NCBI GenBank assembly: GCA_035084275.1
Contig: CM068754.1
Span: 13,888,001 to 13,952,000, forward strand
Origin: Hydrolagus colliei
Lineage: Eukaryota
Direction of reading: 5' to 3'
DNA length: 64,000 bases
Part shown: in pieces, positions 23,705 to 38,572 of the stretch
Position numbering within the stretch: position 1 is the first letter of the stretch
Layout of the letters: each line of letters starts with the position of its first letter
Translations under genes and position numbers: made by a program
Notes under the pieces: generated by a model
The model's input: only the letters and a program-made list of their open reading frames with translations
What the model was told of the DNA's origin: nothing
Databases searched by the model: none

Positions 23705-26700
23705 TCCCAATACTGCCATATTTTAAATTTGATTATTTAGACCCTCAACATTTGACAGTTATTTGAATCTCCGAGCTCTGTGGGCTTCCCCAAGTTTAAA
23801 GTTTTAATTTACATACTGTGATGTTGAAATCAATTGCAGATGTCACAGTAAAAAAAAGACTTCATGACAAGCATAGTAATATTAACTTTAAGATAAATAT
23901 TTCATAATTTTTAAACAACTTTACACTGCCCGCTTGTCCGCCTTGCCTTCTTGTTAATACATTTATACTAACCCAATCCAGCATACTTCTGTTTATTTTA
24001 ACTTAATTCCCTTCTATCCAATCTAAACAAACGTGTCTTTTTTTCAAGAAACATAAATTTGAAGCTTTTCCTGTGCTACTGTTGATTTTACCTTCAAATC
24101 CAAAATGCAAAATGTGTGCTTTCTTGGCTGAAATTCAATGGTAAAACTCAATTCTTTAACCGGTTAGAAATCAAAAAATTGATAATACTATCTTAAACAC
24201 AATCAGGTCAGACTTTGATCTAATTTACTCATTTTGTCTATAGACCTGCTGTGATTTGGTGAATTTGTTTTGTTGGTAGAAAGATACTGCGCCAACAAGA
24301 TAATACTCCGGTGGCGTAACAAATGTAAATACAGTAAAAGGGGATGTTTTACATATTTTAAAAAATGTTTTTCTTAAGTGCAGCAATACTTGGGCTGTAA
24401 TATTCTAATTATCTGGTGCCATGTTTATTGCAGCTGCAACTCATCAGTATTTTCCAATGTAATTAACTTTAAGAGACTTTCCTATGTGTAATTAAGAAGA
24501 GCCAAAGTTGGAATGAACCTTGTCATCTCTACGTAAGCTACAGCACAAGTCTTTATTGTAAATGACATTTACAATGGCTCCAGGAGCCCCATTAAATGCA
24601 CATTCCTCTTTTACTTATTTGCGAGTTAGTGTAGAGCTTAGAATTATAGAAAATCAAAGGTTAGGTCTGGAATCAATTTTCATTTATTACTAAGAAGCTG
24701 TTATTGATGCTGTGCTCACTGCTCTGAAAATAGCTTTTGAACGTAAGCTTTTATTGATTTCATCTAATATAAAAGAAAATTCACAAGTATTTCCAGCTGA
24801 TTCTCTGAGAATGCAATTTTATTTGAACGGAACCTACAAGTGTCATTTAAAAAAATCTCAACGGATATTATCATAAAAGGTATTGGAAAAAAAAGCTTGC
24901 ATCTTTCAAAAGAGATACCACATTCAAGGTAAATTGTAGATGACCGTTCACTTTGAAGATCAGAAGAAAGCATAAATCAATTTAATTATAGTCCGCATCT
25001 GTTCTTAAACTTTACTGTAATTCACATCGATCTTGCTGGTTTCCTCCTGCTTTGGTGAATGTAGCAACAGGAGAAAACCTTTAAGCATCCCTTTCTAAAT
25101 GTATATGTGCCATATCATTAACCTAACAGAAAAAAGCTGTGGCACAATGGGCAGGGTAATAGTGCACAGACACACATGGAAATGGTACACACATGGCATC
25201 CTCAATGTATCTTCCAACTCAGAAATGATTGGGCTTGACATCTATGAAGTATTCTTGCACAAGGAATATATCAGCTTTATTTGGTATTTAATGGGCATTT
25301 CAGAAAACACAAAACCTTTTTCCCTCTTCATTTCATATATGTAACCACATTTGATTTTACAAAAAAAAACATGATTTAAAAGTAAAATAGGAACAGCAAC
25401 AGAATAACTGAAACGTTGTGGTTCCAAAGCCCCATGTTTTCTATGATTAAATTTGCTTTAATGCTGAACCTAGCCATCTTTTAATTTGTCCCATTCAGGG
25501 GAGAGTCGTGTGTAATGTGGTTTTGAACGCCGATGCAGCATTTTGGAAGAAGATCCTGATCGGGCCTTGGGCTGAGTTCCGGCACTCAATAATAAAATGC
25601 ACACAGTTAATGTAAAGGCCAAAAAAATCATTTGTGAAATACATAGCTTCTCCCGTGTATCTGACCCCCAAATTGAACCAAATCAAGTCAAATAAGGTTC
25701 CAATTCTTTTTCAAGAACATAATGATAAAAACCACAACAACTTCAATTTATATAGCGCTCTCCACACCGGACGGCGTCACAGAGCACTTCGTGATAGTAC
25801 ATAGTAGTTCACTTGCAACTGACATCTTGGTTGTGCACATAAGACTTGTTCTGCTGCCAATATCAAGGCACTGAATCGATACTGTTGAATTTGATGGATC
25901 TGGTACATTTCCATTATTGGCTCCCAATGGGACACCTTCACTTGCTGTCTGATGCCTTTCAGTTTTGTGTTAGTTTTTCAATGTGGTGCAGTGGTCCAGC
26001 ATTACTTATTTGAAGATAGTTTGTTCAATTAAATCAGTATCTTGGCCTATCACGTTTTCCAACCAGCAGTGTTAGGGTTAATAGAATTTGCCTGACAAGA
26101 ATGGCTCGCACATTTTAGCCCCAGTTTCAAACCAGACCATGATCAAGCTCTGGTTCCTCTTGCATCTGGTTTTAGATCATGTGCATTTCTTGTAGTTACA
26201 TTTCCAGTGGAATTCAACAGTTAGCCTTGTCTCCCTGAATTGGTCCTGGCATGAAACCTGTTCCAGTCGGGGTGTTGTTCTGAGGTAGAACTAATTTAGA
26301 ATGAAACATTTATTTAATTGGACATTAAAAAAAATCCTAGTTTTGTGGTTTGACCTTGATGTGTCCAGTTTGAACAAAGTGGTAAGCAGCGAACTGCTTT
26401 TAATTGTCAAATAATAGGTTCATTGGCTCTATTAAAACGCTGGAGTAGGAGCTACACACAATCTGTCAGCTTGGAGTCTGGCTTGCATGCTAGGCTCAAT
26501 GTGTCTGTCCAGTAGGGCAAAGATCTTTTTTTTTTTTATCAAGGGCTTCTCAAACAACTGTAACACATATGGTGTCAGCAAATAGTGGAATTGGTAGCAT
26601 TGAAGAAATGTCTATGATTGAACCCTTGTCACTTCTCATCCCTGCATGAAGGGAACGTAAGTAAAGAAGATATACTGACAATAAAGTTTTAAAAAACTTT

Positions 26701-29700
26701 GAAAAGTTTTGTCACATGGATGGCTATATTGTTATTTGGTTAGTGAACTGATATAAAGAGGGAGATGTTTCTTTAGCGAACCTTCTCAATTTTAAACACA
26801 TTTTTTGTGCAGTTGTTTTATAGTGCCTTTTCGTATTTTAAAATGCCGCAAAGCACTTCACGGACGGTCGTCAACACAGTGAAGTGACTGTTTTGTAGGC
26901 AAAGTGGGCGTGGAAGCAAATTTTTCACTAACATCCATGAGATGAACAGTCAGAACCATTTAGATTATTGACCAGAAAATAATCGTCATTAACATTTTCA
27001 GGAGTAAGGCTAGGAAATCCAAGTAATAAGTGGGGCAATATTGGTTGCTGATAACTGTGCTAACCTAAGATGATATCTAGCTACGCTTCCTAAGCATTAT
27101 CAAGTGAAATTGATTTCAAGATGTGTCCGCCCTAGCAATAGACTAGAGATAGATTACACAGCAGGTTTAGCAGGATTTCCCAAAAGCCAAGGGTGCTGGC
27201 TTTATTTGTAGCTAATAAATGGAAATCTACTGGGTAATCCACCACACCAGTAGCTTCGTGTGAGTAATCACAGAAGCTCTGTAATGTATTCGCCCTAACT
27301 GGTTGCTCAGTAGCCAAACTGGTTATCGAGGGGAAAAAGATAATCGTTTACCTACCACAATCAAATTGCTCACTTTGGTGAACAAATGAAGAGACAGAGA
27401 CTTAAATTAAATGTACTTCGTTAACGAATTACTGGTTGTACATAATGTTGCAGGAGCAACACAAACCCATAGAGCTGCTGAGATTTTGCAATAGGTGCGA
27501 TTCAATTGAACTTATAAGAAATAAATTGGCCATCTCGTGAGTGTGGATTTGTGTTAGTTGAGTGGTCAAATGTTGTTGTGGCACTAAATGATTTAACGTG
27601 AAGAGCCCATCGCGGGATTTACACACAATCAAACTGGTCCCATTGAAAAGAATCATACAAAGAAGTGATTGTGTGAGGCAGCAAAGGAAACAGAGCATTA
27701 AACCTAAACTAATGAAATTGTTGTACTATACAAGTACAAAATACAGCAATGTCCAGGGGACTTAGCTAATTAGAATTTTTTTTAGAAAAACAGTATTGTG
27801 CAGGCACTGTTAAATTAAACTGCCGTATCATTGCAATTATTTGGATCAAACCCACATATCAATAACATTGTCAGATCATTTAAAAATAGATACAAAAGAA
27901 AACCGAAAATAACGGCACTGCACCAGGCTGACATTGACAGTTCTTATTTGCACTGTTGGCAAGTAATTAACAATTCAGTCACTTTCTGTCTGTGGTGCCG
28001 TTTCTATTGCTGGAACAGTCTGATAGGCCCATAGGAACTGAGCTGGATATGTGTGTTTCAGGCGTGTGATTGAAGCTCTGGGTTGTAGAATACTTTGTTT
28101 TGTGGTGTAATTTGTTGCTTCTTTTCACTTGCAGTCCACGCTCTCTATATCCTTCTTTATTTCAAGGTATTAACTCCCTACTGTTTCTCCTGTATTTCCA
28201 GTTCCATTTTTTTTATCCCTGTAAAGATACCATAGCCGCTCTTCAACAATCATATGAATATAAATGGGGAAGAAAGGTCAACTTGTCAAAGCTATATACT
28301 CTTTACATGGCTCAGGATAATACTCGAGACAAGGAGACTTTGATTGACTTTTCTATTTTTCTCATTTTTGTGATCTGCTTCTCATCCCTGGTTGAAAAAA
28401 AGCAATAGAATGATTTCAACAATGTGACTTTAGGCCTTGCAAAGCTTAGCTGTTGAGAAATCATTCCTGATGTTAAAAATAACAACTGAAAAGTACAAAA
28501 ACTCCTGATGTGCTCGTAAATGAATTCATCTTCGACACATATGCTTCGTGATTGAAGATTTGGCTTATTGAGTAGAGGGATAATGGTGGAGATGATTAAG
28601 GAGGCATTTTATCTGATGTGTTAAATTTAGTGATGATCAAAAAGGAATCATTACACTATAAGCTAAGTGAAGATTGAATAAAGGAGATGCTTAAGCAACC
28701 TTGAACTTCATTTGTGAAAAGGTGTCCCTTGATATTTCTCTTCCAAAAATATAAAACATGACAGGTTAATTGTACTTAGGTAAACTACTGTCTAAAATAT
28801 ATCCAGGAATATGTCAGTTTCATGAAATAAACAGCACCTTTTCAATTGCTGTAAGGATTTCAGACTGTTAAAATGATTTGATAGACTACATTTTTAGAGG
28901 CATTGAGGCTGCATGCCTTCCGGCTGTGTTGCTTAGCAACATTTTAATTCAAGAAGGATCAAAAAGATGAAATCCCTATGGAGTTGAAAACAGAAATAAG
29001 ACTGCAGTTGACAGATGATATGAGTTGTTTCATATAATATACTGTGAAGATCACTGAGTTCTTTCATGAATGATAAATGGACTGTACACAGATCAATGAG
29101 TTCTGCAATAAACTGGAACTGCGGTCCATATCTGAAGCAGTACAGGTTGTGTAGCAAGGAAAACACTAGGAGATTTAGTCATTTAAACAATTTGTGTGTT
29201 TCAGTATTACGAGCGCAAGAGAAAATAACTGCCAGCATTTGACTGCCTTTTTCCCTTCCCACTTTTAAATTGTCATTCAAGTAAAATTCTGTCAAACTAG
29301 TCAACCCATTCCAAGTGATTTTCAGCTTGATTGGTCGCAGAATTTTACCTTTCAGTTCGAAACAATGTCATTTTCCTTGGTGATATTGCAGTTAAAATGA
29401 TTTTTCACAAGCAATAAAGTATCGATATATTGCAGTGTTACATTTTTCATTTTCAGTTGTTTTTTCTCTGGCTTTTGCAAAGGAATCAAGAAATGCCCTC
29501 GAACCTTGCCTGTTACTCTTATATACATATATATCTTTAAAAAGCACATAAGAGGTGCAGTAAACAATCAAGCCATTGTTTTCATTGAGAATTTTTTTTA
29601 AAAGAAGAGGATTAACAGTGATTGTGATCTATTAACATAATCTCTTTGTATCTTTATGTGAAAAAGTGAACCGTTGTTGGTTGTACTTAAACAACTAGGA

Positions 29701-31420
29701 ATTATAATTATTAACATGAAAAATTCATTATCAAATGAAAAATTTCAATCGGAGAGAATTTCCTATATACAGTATAGCCTTTTGACGATCCACGCCACAT
29801 AAAATGCAACGTTTTGTTGGAGGCGAGAAGAGTCCCTTTATCTTCCATTCAGATACAAATTCTTTGAATGTAATGCTAAATGAAGAATATTTTTCTGAGA
29901 GGATGTGGGTGGGATTGATGTGCATTTTTAATCCAAATTTGTTTGACGCTTGTATAATCAGTCACCAGTGAGCAGCAAGATCATTTACATTGCACATTTG
30001 GCAAAAACTACCTGTTAACATTTGTTAATAATGACTAGCTTGAATTACTGCAATAAAAATATGCACTAAATTTACAAAATAAATGACACAACAGTAATTG
30101 GTTTCGGGCACTAATTAGCATATTTTTCCCCACTGGATTATAGTCTGACCATATTTGTTTTTTTTTAAATGTAGAATTACCTATTGTCAAATACTTGAAT
30201 TGCATCATTCAACTTGTTCTCTGCAAATCACAAGAGAAAGTGTAGAAATTGCTCAAATAATGTCTGAAAAGAAAATTGAGGAATGTTATCACTGGGGAAA
30301 GGGAAGATGATTCTGAACCGGTGCGAATTGAGTTTGGTAATAGTCCTGGAGGTGAAAACACAGTGTGCAATTGCAACCTCACTGTAAGTAGTTGGCTATA
30401 GGACAGGATGGGAGTCGACAACAGCAGTACATCTCCAAAGGTGCCCACATCCAATATAAATTTTACAGTGCAAACATGTGTCTTTATCACAGCGGTTGGT
30501 AGTGCTTTTAATTTCCTATTAACAAGAAAACAACATGCACTGCATTTCACAAATCCCTTGCCTTAAATCATTTACTATGGAGAACAGAACAAATTGTTTT
30601 ATGTCATTACTGCACATTACGCAGACTTTTGATAGCTGTCAAATACAACAAACAGCCACTTCCATTGCTGTCATCACATCCACTAACATCATATTGCAAG
30701 AGACAGACAGGAACACTGAAACTGATTATTTAATTCTATTTTCCTGCATACGAGTTCTAAGACAGTTTCATTCTTTGGGTAATTCCTGTCTTGTACTACT
30801 TGTGGAATGAAATGGTGTTTCAAATAACAGGTAGTTCAAAACGTTTAGGTTTATGGCACGCCTAATCATTACACAGAAGCAGTTACTGTTATCAATAACT
30901 ACACAGTAACTATTAAGCAGTATGTAAAATGAATGGGAAGGATACTGTCAGTATATAATTGAATATTTACTAATCAGGTGATAACAAAGTTTTTAAAAAA
31001 ATCAAACTTTATCTGCCTGGGTCCCTTTTGCAACCATTTCAACAAATGTGATCAAACTGAGAAGCCACTTAATGCTCGTATCATATCCTCTCTTTAATCC
31101 TAACTATTGTAATTATAGAACAATGGCAATTTGATCTTGAATTATGTTATTTAAATGGAAAATTCAATTGCCATGAAATAAAAGCAAACTTAACCATTTA
31201 TAATAAACGTGCATCTGGGAGAAATACATGTGTGGCAAGAGTTTTTCTTTTGGTTTATAAATAATATGTAAAAGCTTATATGTTATGTTTCTTCCGATTA
31301 TTCTGTGGTTTGGGAAACACACTGATTTGCTGCAGGATGAAAAGGCTGTTCAGTACTAAAGCACTAATGTATAGAGCAGTGTCAACAAATTATTATTTGT
31401 ATTTTTTTTGTCCTCTACAG

Positions 31421-31455
31421 GCAGAGAAAACTAAGATTCGACCCATTCCTGTCAA
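31421..31455 (+). CDS. AFF2: AFF2 small exon: AEKTKIRPIPV(N)
   Basis: ttttttttgtcctctacag|GCA...GTCAA|gtaagt; 35 nt, phase 0-2. Similar to human AVEKAKPRNNPVN, and it supplies the phase needed between its neighbours. Confidence 0.87.
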
Positions 31456-33119
31456 GTAAGTTTCTCTCTTTATATTGAGGTGTTCTTTGCTGCCATCTGT
31501 AATCGAAATGAACGATCAAATATTTGTTATGTTTGAGAGATATTTATGTTTTTTTAAATGATTCTGGTGAAGTGATTACACAAACATGACATTGCTATTC
31601 ACCCATTTCCACCTGGAGGGCAAATGTTCTCCGGTAGCCATAAATTATCCAATTGAATGCAATGCAATTTGTGCTTTTGTTTGAGTAACACTGTGTCAGC
31701 AGATTTACTCACTGACTCCAATCAATTTGAAATTGTCTCTGTTGTTTTTCTTTAGTGAACTGTCACAAATGTATTTTTTAAAAATCATCTTTAGCCTCCT
31801 TTAGGCGAAAATACTATTGTATAGTCCGTCAGTTCCCCTTAATGTTTATGTGACATGAGTCTGAATGTTTGGTGAATTGTTATAGACCCATTCAATATTA
31901 AGGTAATGGTCCCCAAACACGCATGTATACAACAATGTGTATTTGGAAGGAGAGCAAGAATCAAATGCTTGAAGTGGAAACGCACTAGCCTTGCATTACA
32001 GTTCATCTGCGTGTTCTATACATGTGATTATGGCCAACAGAATCCACGTGTTCTATAATGTATGCAAATTAATCCAAAGTAGCAATTGTGTCAGTAAGCT
32101 TGGGAGCAGCAAGCTATGGTTGGCAAATATTAATGCAGAGTATTGGTGTTTGGTATGTGTCATCTTTGCAACAGTGTTAGTATGGTCTGTATCCTGGTTT
32201 GCATTCATCTTTGCCTTTATTTTACTTTGTTAGAGTGAGAGATTATTTACACCAGCCTTTCACTCGCAATTACAAGCAATCGGATTTGAACTGTGCTTGT
32301 ATTCGGCATCAAATGTTGAAGCATTTTGAGTGTCCTTAGGCAACAAGATTATTACACAGTACCAAATTATAATGCTTGTTAGAGAGACTTCTGCTAGTAG
32401 AGATATTATCCAGGCATTTTTCTTTGAAATAGATGTTAAGGTTTATTGCTATGACATGAATGTTTTCCAACTAAGTTGCAAATGCCCACACTGCTAATTT
32501 GTTCAGTAGGCAAGTACAGTTGTTAAATAAAGTTTGGTTAATTCCCTAGTTTTGAATTAATGAAACCTTAATCTTGAGCTCAGTTTTTAAAAAATGTAAC
32601 AGCATGGCGATAAAGTCACAAGGTTGTTGTTCTTCTGTCTTTTGAGAATATGAATTCTATATAGCTCTTGGTGATTTAAGACTTGCAGTTTGCAAATCTA
32701 AAATGGGTTATGAGTTGGCACAAGGGCTCACGAATCAAAAATCCTGAAAAGTCAAACGAAAGGTCAGAAAGCGAAATGAATTGCAAATTTGTTGTTGAAC
32801 TTTCTAGTGGATTGTGCAATTTCAGGCGCAAACCAGAAGTCACAATTAGAGTAGCGGTTTGCATTTTCAACCTCCTATTGTTTTATGTCCCTTGAAGCTT
32901 AAGCCCTTTTAACGTAGATTTATTCCTTCCCATTTAAATTTTATCCTGGTTCCACTCGTATGCTCACAAAATGTTTCGTAAATGCTCATTATAATTCAGG
33001 CCCCAAAGATGTTTATGTTTGGTAATAGCAACCTTATAATTTACCCTGATTTTTCCAAATTAACTGTTTGTTTAACTATTGTTTTCGCTTTACCTGCAAA
33101 ATTATTCAGTTTGCCCTCA

Positions 33120-33216
33120 AAATACAGTTATTCCCATTTACAATATATCCTGTAAAGCACTTTGAGACATCTGGATGAAACGTTAAGGTGCTGTATCAAA
33201 TGCAAGGATTATTATT
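33120..33216 (+). mobile_element. Family A SINE 3' fragment
   Basis: gtaaagcactttgagacatctgga...gctgtatcaaatgcaaggattatt. Confidence 0.75.
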
Positions 33217-33944
33217 AATTATTATATTGTAATGACACCAACCTTCTACAAGATCTGTGGATTAAAGTGAGGAAGAATTGATGTACTTATGCATTATCCA
33301 TCATATCGTCAGGCCTAACTGCAGGTAAAATCTGTTATCTGAGCGCATCCTGAATGTTATAGGTCAATCTAAATGGAATAATGGTATAACGTCATTAGCA
33401 ATAAACGTTGCAGTGAAAACATTTGGTAAAATTGCCTCCAGAGACAAATTAAAACAGATACTTTAGACTTTTCAGTGCGAACCAACCATATGTTCAATAT
33501 GGCATATTTTCATAACACAAATTTATTATTAGGCCACAATGACATTAAACTTTTATAAATGTAATTTGGCTAACAGACAGATACTGATACAATTCATTCA
33601 AAAACTGCCACACTTTTGACATTTGCTTGAATCAAGTGAATGACCACTTATATTTTCTGTGGATTCTGCTCTTAGTTTTCATATGTCAGTACGGCAGTAA
33701 AAGATTTGAGAAATGGGCAAAATGTTTCCAAAAGGGCAGCGGAGGCTCATTTTCTGTGATTGCAAGGAATTTTTCTTTCTTGTTGTTGATGCCAAAAGAT
33801 TATTTTGATTCAAAATTCTACTGAGGTCAACTCATCCGACAATCCCATTTGTGTGTGCGGGTGATCACGATCAGGCTGTTGTTTCAAAACTGTGTACTGC
33901 CAACAGTCAATTCATTAGTTATTGAAAGCTATAGTGTTCAGGAA

Positions 33945-34080
33945 TCAAAGAAAGCAAGGGAGAAAGAAAGAAGAGGAGAGAATGAAAGACTGGTAGAAAG
34001 AGACAGAAACAAAGAAAATAAGAAAGATAGATAGAGAGAGAAAGAACGACAGAGAAAAAATGAAACAGAGAGAAAGAAAT
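33945..34080. repeat. Purine-rich low-complexity tract
   Basis: Nearly all A/G (agaaagaaag, agagagag). Confidence 0.8.
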
Positions 34081-35166
34081 AACTTGTACTTTTATAGCAC
34101 CTTATCACGGAACATCTTGAACACATTGAATTTAACTTCAAGTGTAATGATTGGATTTATAGGTAGCCATTACCTCCATTTCAAGGTCCCGCAAACATTC
34201 ATGAGTTGAATGACCCCGATCAAAATCCCCATCCTAACCTTTGAACCTCTTGCCCCACCCTAGCTCTGTGAACTTCTCCTATCTTACCAACCCTCCACTC
34301 AGCGGTCACCAACCTGCTTTTCATCCATCAGTGGTTGGACTTTGAGCAATTCTGACCCCATTCACTGGATCTCCATCCTCCAGTCCCTTCGAATCGCATC
34401 TTCTTTCAACTCTTTGATGGTCTTCCACCGCCTAAGACATCGACTCCCTCTCCCTCGCCCACCCCAACAGCAGTTTGGATACAAACCATGGATAGTGTTG
34501 AGTCTCTTGGTATTTCATCCCGCCAGAAAAAATTGTATTTGCATTTGAGGATAGTGAGTCGGGTTTATTGCACAGTGTGCGGTTTCCCCTGTCGTTAAAT
34601 ATTATTTGGCATGAATTGAAAAATATGCCAAGCCAAAAAAGGCCTTAGTCTTTTTAACTTGTTACTCTGCATACATTGCTGTTAACCAAACATCATTGAA
34701 AGTTCAAGTGCTCAACCTGACTGGCCTTGTTCTTACAGATTCAAGAACTGAAGTTGTAACCTATCTCTAACGAGAGGTTTTCATTGCATGAGAAATGATG
34801 TGTAACTGGCCCATAAGACTCATTAAGCTTAAGCCTTCTGTACGCCAATCGCGCAAAATTATTTCAATTCTTCTCAACCAATCATGCCAGTTGTACTTCA
34901 TCTCTATATGAATAATTGCAGTTCTTCCTGCAGGGTTACTTGGTTAACTGCTGGAAATAAACCCACCGTTTTCCTTCTGTTTAAAGGCTTTGTATCAGCT
35001 CATCTGCAAGATAGATGATCTGCTTGAGTAGTTAATTGTCCTGTCTGTCTAAAAAGCAAATCGAATTCCAATAGAAACTGCTCTTTTCCAAACCGCACTT
35101 GTTCCTTTAAGAAGTGTGGGGAATGAATTGGTGGCCAAGCAGGTATCCCATTTGAGCAATGTCATT

Positions 35167-35401
35167 CCTTGGGCAAGTTTCCTAACTCCACATGGCTAAT
35201 AATAATTCCTCCAAAAACACCAATAATAAATTGGTCATTTCAATCCACGACCATTTGTGGGACACTGCTTTGCGCAATTAGCTGCCGCGTTTCGCCCAAA
35301 AGTATACAGTCAATTCACTTTACAGTGTATTCTGTGAAGCACCTTGAGACATCTAGAAGATGTGAAAAGCGCTATATCAAATGCAAGGATTATTATTATT
35401 A
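35167..35401 (+). mobile_element. Family A SINE lacking the tRNA head
   Basis: ccttgggcaagtttcct...aaatgcaaggattattattatt, colinear with 45915-46222. Confidence 0.88.
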
Positions 35402-36285
35402 TGTGCCCTGGGATCAATATATGATGAGCAGATTATAAAGTTTTTTTTCCAAATTTGCTTTCAGCAATCTGCTCAGCAGGAGTATCTCCAAGCCATGCAT
35501 GAATACCTAGACTTGAGTCCAGAAGTTCACAGGTCTCAGCCACTCCTGGCAGTTTATAACCTATCTAATAGGTCTGTAAGAATGGAGAGATCCGTTAATT
35601 ATACTGCATTCACAGATGTCCATAATGGGATTAGGAATGCATTTTATAGGGAAATGTAATTGGAAACACGTCATCCCAATGCATTCCATCCGTTATGAAT
35701 AGGCTATAACAGCCAGCATTGAGAATTACTGTGCGGCAACAAAAAAAAAATGACTGGGAAGTTTGTTGAATTGCACCTTCTTATTACATTTGGTGCATGC
35801 TGACCTCAACAGATCAGGGTTACCTGGTGTTGTGGACGAAGCAAGAGGTGTTCCAAGGATGTTTAGCTAAGTGTTTCTCTCCCTTCTCCTGGAGTCTTGG
35901 TAAATCCATGCATGCATGCGTGTGCTTTCCTCCGCATTCTTTATGATGCCTGTGCCAAGCAATGTACCAAATGCTGCCAACGAGCATGGAGGTGACTGCT
36001 CTCAGGCTCTGCCCTGCCAGAGGTTCTAGGAGCAGTTTAGTGCTATAATTTGCTGGTGACCTCCCCTCCTACTGTCATGGCAATGACTGAAATCAGGAAC
36101 TCAGATTTGTCAGAAAGCACTGTTTGATTCCCAGCGAGAGGTCTGCAGTGCCTCATTCACGTAAAAGAGCAGGACTTGCTTGCAGCTCCGGTAGAGTGAA
36201 TCTAATGCCTCGTTCATAATGCACGGTTCATGGTAATTTTCTACTTTGGCACAAATTCTGTCCCAAAGGTACAATAAATCAGCTT

Positions 36286-36680
36286 GTGTGTCAGCCTGGC
36301 TCAGTTGGTAGCACTCTTGCTCCCGAGTCAATAGGTTGTGAGTTCAAGCTTTGTGTCGGGGCTTTGAATTCATAGTCTAGGCTGATACTCTGATGCATTG
36401 TGCTGCAATGTTGGCGGTGCCGTACTGCAAATGAGACGTAAAACTGAATTCCCATCTGGTGGATTGCTAATGATTATTTGGTATCATTCAAAAAGAAAAT
36501 GGAGTTTCTCCTCAAGTCCCGGCTAGCAATCCCCCAAATAAAACTGGCCATTCACTTCATGGCTGTTCGTGGGACATTGTGGTAAATTGGCCAATACACA
36601 GTCACTACACTTTACAGTATACCCTGGGAAGAGCTCCGAGTGTTCTGACACGAAAGTATTATATTAAATGTAAGGATTAG
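36286..36680 (+). mobile_element. Full-length old Deu-domain SINE (tRNA head, Deu core, L2 tail)
   Basis: Head tggctcagttggtagcactcttg...gagttcaagc; core gctgcaatgttggcggtgccgtactgcaaatgagacgtaaaactga; tail aaatgtaaggatta. Confidence 0.78.
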
Positions 36681-38109
36681 TTCACACATATAAAATGCAA
36701 GGATCGGTTATTATTTATGAAGGAAGGAAGTGTTTTCAGGTGTGGTTGAATTCCCTCTAGTGCAGTATAAATGTAACCGGTGGAAGTTGAATTCAGCTCT
36801 ACCTCCCTGTGGCCCCCTGAAACCTCTTGGGATGATTTTTTTTTTAAATCGGTCAAGTGACATGAAAGGATTACATCCTGATTTGGAGTTCATACATTCC
36901 CTCCCCTATCAGTAGACATGGGGAACTCTCTCGCGATAACATTTGAGAAGTTTCATCACAGATTTGATGTGATAATTCTGGTGGTGATAATTACCACTTG
37001 GAATCCGTTATGAAATCGAGCAAATTCATCCCATTGTGAGCTCATATTTGTTAGTCGCAGTGCGATGTAGAGCTAGGGATACAATTCAAGCCTCCAGATC
37101 CTCGGGGCTATATTATTGGCCAAGAAATCACTTTCTAGCAATGTGAACCCAGCTTAAGTGCAAACAACCTGTTAAATGAATACAATTCCAGGAGGTCTCA
37201 GTTCAAAGCAGGGAGACTAAAGGCATTCTGATGGTGCAGTGAGATCAAGATTCTCTTTTCTGATCGAGCCTGCTGTTATATTATCAGGAAAAGAAAGTCT
37301 GGGAATATCACAACTGTTGACTGACATTATAATCTGGCCTGAGAATTTGCAGAAGGCTGAAAAATTGCACAGTGAAAAACTTGGAATCTCTAACACAGGT
37401 GCAGTTTCCTGGGAAAGGTCTAACCACCCAATAAATCAGACAGAAATGCACGTGTAAGAGAAGACTTTGTCTTTGTGATCTGTCTCAAGTTTACATCAGT
37501 GGTTTATGAGTCTCATGTTGGACTGCTGAGTCCATATTGAAACATTACCACACAAACTTTCCTCCCACTGGGTTGCAGGATGATTGTAGCTCATTCACTT
37601 TGTGTCCGCTCTGTTGTTTCCTTGGCTTGTCTGTCTCCTGCAATTTTTTTTGCTTCTACCCAGCACTCATTTCCGCCCCTCTTTAACTTTCCTGATGTTT
37701 CTACCTCTTCAAAGTTCTCAATTGCAGTTCTATTTGACACAGCTCCCTGCTGTGAATTGTGTGACTCGACATTTCAGACTGAGCTCTCATTGACACTAAG
37801 CTGTGATAAATTGCTGTACAGACTGTATGAACCTGTGAACTCTCTCCACTCCATATAGAACACATCCAACATCTTTAAATACAATAATAATCTTCTTATT
37901 TTATACTGAGATTGTGATCAAACAATTATCGTGCCAAATTTAATGGTGAATTGCAGTCACTCATAGATCACTTCCATAGTAACAAGTGTTCCATGACCGT
38001 CAATAGATTTTGCTCTCCATAATCCACTCTGTTTTGTCCTCTGTTTGCTTTGCATGAGTTGTATCTATTTCAGTAATTCTATAATGTTTTGCTATTCATT
38101 TATTAAACT

Positions 38110-38572
38110 AAATAATAATACTTGCATTTGATGTGGCATCTTTCACATCAGGTGGATGTCTCAAAGCGTTTCACGGGATGTGAATATAAATTGTGCGCTA
38201 ACGCGACAGACAATTTGTAACCACAAATATTCCCTAAACAGCCAAGTATTCTTACACTCCTCCTCCCAACGTCCTTCCAACGAGAAAGGCGCTATACAAA
38301 TGTAATTTTGTTACTGTTAAATGTACTCAAGATTACATAACACTTCCACCAGGACTTTCTTGCTAAAGACCTTTCTGCTAAAGATCTTTCTTTTAACCAC
38401 GCTTTTGATCATCTTTTTCCCCCTCCCACTTGCTTAGCGCCTTGGGACGTCCTCCCGACGTGAAAGGCGCTATATAAATGTAAATTGTTGTTGTTGTTGT
38501 TGTTGGCCATTATCGGGAAGCGCTCTGAAATGCCGTCCAGTGTGGAAGGCGCTATATAATCCAAGTTGTTGA
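38110..38572. mobile_element. Cluster: SINE tail (-) followed by three L2 3' tails (+)
   Basis: aaggcgctata...ttgtt motif three times (~38285, ~38462, ~38546); (TTG)n at ~38485-38505. Confidence 0.8.

Noticed and set aside
31609-31624. CTCF-like ccacctggagggca
   Set aside because: At least three mismatches to the core in either register.
35169-35438. Recurrent peptides like KCKDYYY / QSIHFTVYSVK in several ORFs (11632, 35169, 40959)
   Set aside because: They are translations of the SINE tail, not a protein family.
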